Below, piece by piece: positions 57,432 through 64,000 of a stretch of DNA of 64,000 bases. Origin of the DNA: an uncultured bacterium (GTDB lineage Bacteria > Actinomycetota > Acidimicrobiia > Spongiisociales > UBA5794); the NCBI GenBank assembly GCA_963801165.1, contig CAWDDT010000009.1, positions 96,001 through 160,000 of the forward strand, written 5' to 3'. The stretch's first letter is position 1. Every line of letters starts with the position of its first letter. Under the pieces are notes generated by a model. That model ran no database searches, was not told the DNA's origin, and saw nothing but the letters and a program-made list of their open reading frames with translations. Made by a program: the position numbers and the translations under genes.

Positions 57432-58670
57432 ATGCCGTTCGTAGTGCAGAAATACGGTGGTACCTCCGTCGCCGACGCGGAGCGTATTCGAGCCGTTGCC
57501 GCCCGAGCCGTTGCCACCCACAGGTCGGGACATGACGTTGTTGTGGTCGTCAGTGCGATGGGCAAGAGCACGGACGATTTGATCACTCTGGCTGGTGAGG
57601 TGACGCCGAACTCGCATCCCCGCGAGATGGACATGCTGCTCACGGCGGGGGAGCGGATCTCGATGGCGCTGGTGGCGATGGCCATCCAGGATCACGGGGC
57701 CGGCTCGATGAGCCTCACCGGTTCCCAAGCAGGGATCCTCACCACCGAGGAGCACGGGCACGCCGAGATCATCGGCATCCGAGGGGACCGGGTCCGAGAG
57801 GGGCTTGCCGAGGGGAAGATCGTCATTGTGGCCGGTTTCCAGGGGGTGAACCCGGAGACCCGCGACGTGACCACGCTGGGTCGGGGTGGCTCCGACGCAA
57901 CCGCGGTCGCCCTGGCCGCAGTGCTGGGAGCCGACGTCTGCGAGATCTATACCGACGTCGACGGTGTTTTCACGGCCGACCCTCGTCTCGTCCCTCATGC
58001 AACCAAACTCGATGAGATCACGTTTGAAGAGATGCTCGAGTTGGCCTCGGCAGGCGCCGGGGTTCTGATGGCTCGTTCGGTCGAGTTCGGCCGCCGCTAC
58101 CACATACCGATACACGTTCGCTCGTCGTTCCACGGCGGGGTCGGGACGTGGGTCAAGGAGGAAACCATGGAAGAGGCGATCATTCGGGGTGTAGCCCATG
58201 ACGTTTCGGAGGCCAAGGTCACGGTCCATGGTGTTCCCGACGCACCGGGTCTGGCGGCACAGCTGTTCGAGCCGCTGGCCGATGCCGGCATCACTGTCGA
58301 CATGATCGTTCAGAACGTGTCTCGGGCAGGTGTGACGGACATCAGCTTCACGGTCCCGAGGACCGATTTGGCCACGGCCGAAGATGTTGCCAAGACGACC
58401 GCCGCCGCCATAGGTGCAGCCGGTGTGGATGTCGACCACAACATCGCCAAGGTGTCCCTGGTTGGCGCCGGTATGAAGCACGAGTTCGGTATCGCCGGCA
58501 AGATGTTCCGGATCCTCGCCGACCATCACGTCAATATCGAGATGATCAGTACTTCTCCGATACGTATATCCTGCGTGGTTCGAGGCGATGACGTCGCGGC
58601 CGCGGTGCGCGGCCTCCACGATGGGTTCGGGCTCGGTGCACGCGGAGAGGAGGGTGCGGACAATGGGTAA
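57432..58670 (+). CDS. lysC: Aspartate kinase
   Basis: [31 protein letters not shown], two ACT domains. Confidence 0.96.
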   Translation: MPFVVQKYGGTSVADAERIRAVAARAVATHRSGHDVVVVVSAMGKSTDDLITLAGEVTPNSHPREMDMLLTAGERISMALVAMAIQDHGAGSMSLTGSQAGILTTEEHGHAEIIGIRGDRVREGLAEGKIVIVAGFQGVNPETRDVTTLGRGGSDATAVALAAVLGADVCEIYTDVDGVFTADPRLVPHATKLDEITFEEMLELASAGAGVLMARSVEFGRRYHIPIHVRSSFHGGVGTWVKEETMEEAIIRGVAHDVSEAKVTVHGVPDAPGLAAQLFEPLADAGITVDMIVQNVSRAGVTDISFTVPRTDLATAEDVAKTTAAAIGAAGVDVDHNIAKVSLVGAGMKHEFGIAGKMFRILADHHVNIEMISTSPIRISCVVRGDDVAAAVRGLHDGFGLGARGEEGADNG

Positions 58671-59673
58671 AAGGACTGCGATTGTCGGTGCGACCGGTGC
58701 CGTCGGCACCACCATGCTCTCGATTCTCGAGGAGCGCGACTTCCCGGTTTCGGATTTGCGTCTGCTCGCCTCGAGCCGGTCGGCGGGACGGGTGATCCCC
58801 ACCCGGTGGGGTGAGGTCACGGTCGAGGATCTGGCCACCGCAGACCCTGCCGGCATCGAGGTGGCGCTGTTCTCAGCCGGCGGGAGCCGGTCGAAGCAGT
58901 ATGCCCCCGTGTTCGCCGGCGCAGGTGCCGTGGTCATCGACAACTCCTCGGCGTTCCGGCAGCAGGACAACGTTCCTCTGGTGGTGGCGCAGGTCAACGA
59001 CCATGCCATCAAGGAGCACGAGGGCATCATCGCCAACCCGAATTGCACCACGATGGTGCTCATGATGGCGGCAGGGCCGCTCCACCGCGCCGCCGGGTTG
59101 CGGGCGATGACGGCGACCTCCTACCAAGCGGTGTCCGGGACCGGGCAGACCGGTATGGAAGTGCTCGCCCACGAGATAGACGTCCTCGGCAAGGACCGGG
59201 AGCTGCTCGCCAGGGGTGGTTGGACCGAGCCGGGCAGCGACGTATACAGCCGGCCGATCGGCTTCAACGTGCTGCCGCATGCGGGGTCGTTCACCGAGCA
59301 GGGATACACCGACGAGGAGTGGAAGCTGGTCAACGAGACGCGCAAGATCCTCGAGGCTCCCGACATCCGGGTCGAGCCGTTCTGTGTGCGGGTACCGGTG
59401 ATGGTCGGGCACGGGATCGCGGCCACCATGTTCTTCGACCGCTCCGTCTCCGTGGACGAAGCGAAGGAGATTCTCGCCGACGCTCCGGGTGCTCAGCTGT
59501 GGGACGATTCGAAGGTACCGACGCCGCTCGACTCGGCAGGCATCGATGACGTTCTCATCGGTCGAGTCCGCACCACGGTGGGAACCGGGGGCGGGATCAG
59601 CCTCTGGACCGTGGGCGACAACCTGCGCAAGGGGGCGGCTCTCAACGCCGTCCAACTCGCCGAGCTGATCTAG
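58663..59673 (+). CDS. asd: Aspartate-semialdehyde dehydrogenase
   Basis: [50 protein letters not shown]. Confidence 0.96.
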   Translation: MGKRTAIVGATGAVGTTMLSILEERDFPVSDLRLLASSRSAGRVIPTRWGEVTVEDLATADPAGIEVALFSAGGSRSKQYAPVFAGAGAVVIDNSSAFRQQDNVPLVVAQVNDHAIKEHEGIIANPNCTTMVLMMAAGPLHRAAGLRAMTATSYQAVSGTGQTGMEVLAHEIDVLGKDRELLARGGWTEPGSDVYSRPIGFNVLPHAGSFTEQGYTDEEWKLVNETRKILEAPDIRVEPFCVRVPVMVGHGIAATMFFDRSVSVDEAKEILADAPGAQLWDDSKVPTPLDSAGIDDVLIGRVRTTVGTGGGISLWTVGDNLRKGAALNAVQLAELI

Positions 59674-59697
59674 GCCACTCGCCGGGAGTTGTCCTTG

Positions 59698-59883
59698 CTA
59701 CTCGTCCCCGGCCGAGCTGCGCCGGGCGAGGAGGAACACGATGCCCGCCGCCAGCGCCAGGGCGGCCCCGGCGAGACCCACGAGGGGTGGAACGACGTCG
59801 GGGCCGAGCACGACGTGTCCCAGCAGCACCACTATTCCCACGGCGCCTAATCCGGTTGCGATCTTGTGTTCGGTGAACGGCAT
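59698..59883 (-). CDS. Small 2-TM membrane protein
   Basis: TGATG coupling to TetR, GAGGAG RBS, hydrophobic. Confidence 0.65.
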   Translation of the reverse strand: MPFTEHKIATGLGAVGIVVLLGHVVLGPDVVPPLVGLAGAALALAAGIVFLLARRSSAGDE

Positions 59884-60542
59884 CAGTTCTCCTCTCCTCT
59901 GTCTGTCTCGGGGGCGACGATGGCGTCGCAGATGAAGTCGATCGGTCCTTTCATCGCATCGGAGTCTGTGGGCGTGCCGTGAAAGAACTGGAAGAACGCA
60001 CGCTCATGACACAGGCTCAGGATGAGCGAGGACGCGGCGCCGCAGTCGACATCGGATCGGACCCGCCCTAGCTCCTGCTCGGCGCGGAGGTACTGCTCGA
60101 GGGGATGGGCGTCGAACCCTCCGGCGGCCTCGCTGCCCGCCCCGAAGATCCTCCGCAGGGCTGCGAGGAGTCCCTGGTCGGAGAAGACAGAACCAAAGAG
60201 CGGGACCAATCTGTCGAGGACGCCGCTGATCTCGCCTGCCGCCCGCCGCACGTTGGCGCCGACCGTCGCCCTGCCTGCTCGCCCCGCGATGGCCTGCAGC
60301 GGTTGCGATGCAGTGTGCGCTTGCCGGATCATCGCAGCAACGATCAGGTCGTGCCGGTCGCTGAAATAGTTGTAAAGCGTACCGACGGCGACACCCGCCT
60401 CCTCTGCGATGACCCGTGTCGAAGCCGCCGCGAGACCATCGCGGACGATGACGCGGTGGGCGGAATCGAGGATGTGAGCCTTCACGGCGTCCGAGTCGCC
60501 ATCGGTCGACGCCATCAAGTGAGGTGGTAGTGGTCTAGGCAT
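59883..60542 (-). CDS. TetR/AcrR family regulator
   Basis: ILDSA...GL...STRVIAEEAGVAVGTLYNYF. Confidence 0.92.
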   Translation of the reverse strand: MPRPLPPHLMASTDGDSDAVKAHILDSAHRVIVRDGLAAASTRVIAEEAGVAVGTLYNYFSDRHDLIVAAMIRQAHTASQPLQAIAGRAGRATVGANVRRAAGEISGVLDRLVPLFGSVFSDQGLLAALRRIFGAGSEAAGGFDAHPLEQYLRAEQELGRVRSDVDCGAASSLILSLCHERAFFQFFHGTPTDSDAMKGPIDFICDAIVAPETDRGEEN

Positions 60543-61275
60543 CCCGGTAACGCTCCCATACGATCGCGGCCGCCATTATCACCGCGGCATATGCGATCAG
60601 AACAACGGCGGCGGTAGCCGGACTCAGCAGGTCGGGGGTCCCGATGCCGCCGACGAGTGCTCGTCCCGCCCCCATTGGAAGCCACCGGCCGAAGCTCGGG
60701 AAGAATCCTTCGGCGATATGCTCAACCACGGCCATCCAGGAAAGCCACCCGACGATTGCGACCACCTGGTTGCGGACCAGGCTCCCCGTGGCGGCGCCGA
60801 TGCCACAGAAGAGAGCGGCATAAAGGGCTGTGGCGCCGAGGGTCGACCACGAGGTCGACGGGCCGAGCGGGAAACCGAGATCCCTGACTCGATACATGAG
60901 CAGGGCCGTCGCAAGTGCGGTGCCGGAGGCCAGGAGCCCGAAGATCCCGCCGGTCGTCAGGGCCGTTGCCAGCTTCACAGCGATAACCCGCGGTCTGCGT
61001 GGTGTCGTCAGGAAAGTGTCGATCGCAGTGCCGTGCCGGTACTCGCCGGCCGAGATGATGATCCCGAGCACGAGGACGAATATGGCGCCGGCGACCGATA
61101 CGCCGAGAACGTCACGCGCCCCATTCGCCGACTCCAGATCGATGCCGGCACTGTCGGCTACGAGGACTGTGCTGGCCACGGCGAGCCCGCTGAGAGTGAC
61201 CGTGGTCACCAGCAGGGCCCATGGTGTTCGCACCGTTCTCAGCTTGAGAAACTCCGCGGCGAGTAGATCCCTCAT
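60535..61275 (-). CDS. ABC-2 permease
   Basis: AEFLKLRTVR, GEYRHGT...T.L.TPRR, G.LVRNQ, RDA. Confidence 0.88.
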   Translation of the reverse strand: MRDLLAAEFLKLRTVRTPWALLVTTVTLSGLAVASTVLVADSAGIDLESANGARDVLGVSVAGAIFVLVLGIIISAGEYRHGTAIDTFLTTPRRPRVIAVKLATALTTGGIFGLLASGTALATALLMYRVRDLGFPLGPSTSWSTLGATALYAALFCGIGAATGSLVRNQVVAIVGWLSWMAVVEHIAEGFFPSFGRWLPMGAGRALVGGIGTPDLLSPATAAVVLIAYAAVIMAAAIVWERYRDA

Positions 61276-62165
61276 GGCTTCACCTCCGTACTCGTGAGCT
61301 CGAGAAACACATCCTCTAGCTGCCGCCCTCCGGTGGCGCGGGCCAGTTCCGACAGGACGATGTCCTCGCGAGCCGCCAGCCGACCGATATCCTCGGAAGT
61401 GGCACCTCGGATGATGAGGCGACCGTCGCCGTTGCTACTGACGGTCCAACCGCTCGATTCGGCCAGCGCCGTCAGCCTCTCCTTGTCGGGGGTGCGCACA
61501 GCCACGCCACCAGCGCCTGCCGTTACCTCTGTTGTTGTGCCGCGCCGGATGACTTGCCCGTTGTTGATGATCACGATCTGATCGGCAACGGTCTCGACCT
61601 CGGCGAGCACGTGGCTGGAGAAGAGCACGGTCCGCCCCTGGTCTGCCCATTTTCGCATCTGGGTGCGGAGCCAGGCAATCCCGGCAGGGTCGAGACCGGT
61701 GGCCGGCTCGTCGAGGACGAGCACGGGTGGGTCTCCGAGGAGAGCAGTCGCAAGAGCTAGACGCTGCCGCATTCCTTGTGAGTACCCGCCGACCTTGCGC
61801 CGCTTTGCCGAAGTCAGGTCGGCGAACTCGAGAACCTGGTCGACGCGCCGGCGTGGCAACCCGGCGCCACGAGCAACGATGCGCAGGTGTTGTTCTCCGC
61901 TCCGTCCGGGATGGAACCCTGCATGGTCCAGCACGGCCCCGACTTCGAGGCGTGGTCGAGCGAGATCGCCGTAGCGTGTCGTATCGATGAGCGCGGTGCC
62001 CGAGTCGGGGCGTGCCAGGCCGAGAAGCACCCGGAGGGTTGTCGTCTTGCCTGCCCCGTTCGGTCCGAGGAAGCCGGTCACGGCGCCGGTGGGTGCCGTG
62101 AAGCTCACCCCATCGACGGCACGGGTGGTTCCGTAGGTCTTGGTCAACGAATCTATCTCTATCAC
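61272..62165 (-). CDS. ABC exporter ATP-binding protein
   Basis: GPNGAGKTT, YSQGMRQRL, LVLDEP, SSH. Confidence 0.93.
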   Translation of the reverse strand: MIEIDSLTKTYGTTRAVDGVSFTAPTGAVTGFLGPNGAGKTTTLRVLLGLARPDSGTALIDTTRYGDLARPRLEVGAVLDHAGFHPGRSGEQHLRIVARGAGLPRRRVDQVLEFADLTSAKRRKVGGYSQGMRQRLALATALLGDPPVLVLDEPATGLDPAGIAWLRTQMRKWADQGRTVLFSSHVLAEVETVADQIVIINNGQVIRRGTTTEVTAGAGGVAVRTPDKERLTALAESSGWTVSSNGDGRLIIRGATSEDIGRLAAREDIVLSELARATGGRQLEDVFLELTSTEVKP

Positions 62166-62177
62166 GTCCCCTCCTTT

Positions 62178-62236
62178 ATGAGCGGTCGTTCATTATCTTG
62201 TCGGGGCATTATGAACGAGCGCTCATTACCTGTCAA
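62178..62236 (-). promoter_or_regulatory. Promoter TTGACA-N17-CATAAT with two 16-bp TetR-type operators
   Basis: ATGAGCGGTCGTTCAT (62178-62193) and ATGAACGAGCGCTCAT (62211-62226) are inverted copies with one mismatch; the operon contains a TetR gene. Confidence 0.85.
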
Positions 62237-62290
62237 GGTGTTGTCCGGAACCCGATACCCGCGATAGGACCGGGGTTGGCCGTTTCCGAG

Positions 62291-63529
62291 CTAGCGAGCC
62301 GGGGAGTTCCGGTAGGCGGTGAGAGCGATGATGGCAAAGGCGGTCAGCTCGCCGATCCCGAAGGCGTAGGCAGCCCTGGTGAGCGGATCGGTTCCCGAGA
62401 CAAGGAGCACCACCGCGGCGACTAGCGCCGCTAGGACCCATCCGACGGCCAGGTCCCGGGTACGGCCGCGGGCAACGAGGATCTGAGTGACGAACACGAT
62501 GGTGAGGGCGGCCACCGCACCGGCGCCGCCGAGCCCGGCCACCAGAGGAGTCGGACGGAACTCGGCTCCATACATCACCTCGATGATCGTGGGGAGGATC
62601 GCATAGCTGGTGACACCACCGACGAGCGCAGCCGTCCCGCCGAGTGCGGCGAGTCGGGCCGCCCACTTGTGGAGCACCTCAGGTTGGTCGTCGCTCAGAG
62701 CGGTTGTCATCGCCGCAAGGAACCGTGTCGCCAGCGGGTACGACGCGGTGATCGGTCCGCGCAGCAACGTGAACGTGATGAAGTAGATGCTGACCTCGGC
62801 GGCGGTTCCGCCGATCAGGCCAACCACGAGCGGGCCGCCCGCCAGGATGAGCTGGGAAAGGGCCGAGGCGACGACGAGAAGCTGGAGCAAGCCCGTGGTC
62901 TTGGGAACCTCACCCGGGCTACGGTTCGGATGGATCTGCACGCGGTAGGGACGTACCAGCAACAGTGTCAGCGGGGCGGCTCCCAGCGAGAACGCAAACC
63001 AGAACGAGCCGGCGCTTCCGACCGAGAAGACGATGCCGAGAGTGACGAGAGCAAGCGCCTCGAGCATCATCGTGCCACCGTACGCAGTGAAGCGGCGGCG
63101 CCCGGCCATGACGCCCCGGGCGACGGTCATCAGCGTCCTGGCAAACAGCAGCAGGGCGATGGCGATGACGAAGATCGCACGACCCTCAAAGAAGCGGTCT
63201 ATGCCGAGGGCAGCCACGGCGACCCCGATGGTGACCCCGGATCCCAGCGTGACGGCGATCTGACGGCGCGCATGAGAATCGAGCGCCTCGCCCGCCCGTA
63301 TGGTCACGGACCGGGTCGTTGTCTGCTCGACCGGCAACATCACGATGGTGTAGACGAGGAACCCGATGGTCCACACGGTGGCGACCGGAGCGAAGCCCTC
63401 GGCGCCGAGCGAGCGGCCACCCACGACCTGGAAAACGTATGCGCTCAGCGACGCAACGATCGCCCCCACGGCGATTGCCCAGGTGCCGTCGTTGGTGCGC
63501 GGCGTGTCGGTGCTGATTACCTGGTTCAT
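62291..63529 (-). CDS. Polysaccharide flippase/MATE-like membrane protein
   Basis: About 12 TMs; Y.FQV..GRSLG..GF, PVEQ, RG..AG.RRF..YG. Confidence 0.75.
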   Translation of the reverse strand: MNQVISTDTPRTNDGTWAIAVGAIVASLSAYVFQVVGGRSLGAEGFAPVATVWTIGFLVYTIVMLPVEQTTTRSVTIRAGEALDSHARRQIAVTLGSGVTIGVAVAALGIDRFFEGRAIFVIAIALLLFARTLMTVARGVMAGRRRFTAYGGTMMLEALALVTLGIVFSVGSAGSFWFAFSLGAAPLTLLLVRPYRVQIHPNRSPGEVPKTTGLLQLLVVASALSQLILAGGPLVVGLIGGTAAEVSIYFITFTLLRGPITASYPLATRFLAAMTTALSDDQPEVLHKWAARLAALGGTAALVGGVTSYAILPTIIEVMYGAEFRPTPLVAGLGGAGAVAALTIVFVTQILVARGRTRDLAVGWVLAALVAAVVLLVSGTDPLTRAAYAFGIGELTAFAIIALTAYRNSPAR

Positions 63530-63681
63530 CCGGGGGACATTAACCGTACCCGGACACAGCCGTGCGTGTCGGTTTGGCCCACTGACCGACGCTTTGTCAA
63601 CGCGTCCGGCCGCGGTCAGTCCCGCCTCCGGGTTCGCAGGCGCTGCCTGGAACCGGGACGAATCTGCGGATAGCCCAAGCG

Positions 63682-63855
63682 CTACTCGAGAGGCGCGACG
63701 CAGGGTCGGAGTTTGGTGTCGATCTTGATGATGTGATCCCGTACCCGGTTGCTCACCTCTTGCTGGGTCTCGATGGCGAGCGCATCGGTGACACCCTCGG
63801 ACTCGACCCGCTCGCTGATGCCCTTGAAGACCTCGAAAAAGGCGGCATGAGCGCG
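63682..63855 (-). pseudogene. Bacteriohemerythrin C-terminal fragment
   Basis: Hand translation RAHAAFFEVFKGISERVESEGVTDALAIETQQEVSNRVRDHIIKIDTKLRPCVAPLE*, containing H..F and HI..ID motifs. The N-terminal half is not recognisable. Confidence 0.6.
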
Positions 63856-63954
63856 GATCGACCGATGTTGGGGAAGAGCCGATCTCGCCCTTATGCGATG
63901 GGTGCAGTATGCCGATAGGTGATGTACCGTAGGTAATGCCGTGTGAGGTGGCGC

Positions 63955-64000
63955 ATGAATACCAAGAACTCGATAGTCATCGACCGTCCCATTGACGAAG
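63955..64000 (+). CDS. Probable SRPBCC family protein, truncated at the right window edge
   Basis: GAGG RBS; MNTKNSIVIDRPIDE is a typical SRPBCC N-terminus. Confidence 0.55.
   Translation, partial: MNTKNSIVIDRPIDE

Noticed and set aside
57396-59063. 555-aa minus-strand ORF and similar long antisense ORFs throughout the window
   Set aside because: These are shadows of well-supported genes (here ask-asd), caused by high-GC codon bias.
63733-63918. 61-aa plus-strand ORF
   Set aside because: It has no recognisable motif, and the opposite strand gives a better hemerythrin-like reading.
1-64000. Prophage, integrase, IS element, CRISPR array, rRNA or tRNA
   Set aside because: None was recognised by eye. 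A tRNAscan or Infernal run would be needed to exclude small RNAs.

Overview
A gene-dense, high-GC Actinomycetota window, most consistent with Acidimicrobiia (inferred from gene content and frequent leaderless starts). I found about 68 CDS and no rRNA, tRNA, CRISPR array or transposase. The housekeeping core comprises dnaX-(GT87 remnant)-ybaB-recR, glpX, a thiolase, hrpA, mce, ask-asd and a cyclophilin. Transporters include phnDCE-like, inositol/sugar ABC with iolE, three ABC exporters, two MFS and CorA. Three loci stand out. (1) A B12-binding CarH/LitR-like regulator sits divergent from a SigK-like ECF sigma factor with a sensorless mini anti-sigma; twin 14-bp palindromes lie between them, and a SigK-type promoter precedes an Rv0449c-like FAD oxidoreductase. 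(2) An LprG-like lipoprotein is paired with an Rv1410c-like MFS whose C-terminus is fused to a membrane-anchored coiled coil and a roughly 95-aa amphipathic beta-hairpin. (3) A tightly coupled three-gene restriction-modification-like operon encodes an SPPY methylase with a degenerate nuclease domain, a small unknown protein and a D-x7-SxK putative endonuclease. Features not correctly called in the ORF track include the edge-truncated FAD oxidoreductase, a hemerythrin remnant, several operators and promoters, a dispersed REP-like hairpin family and a structured leader. All family assignments come from motif recognition by eye; no database searches were run.
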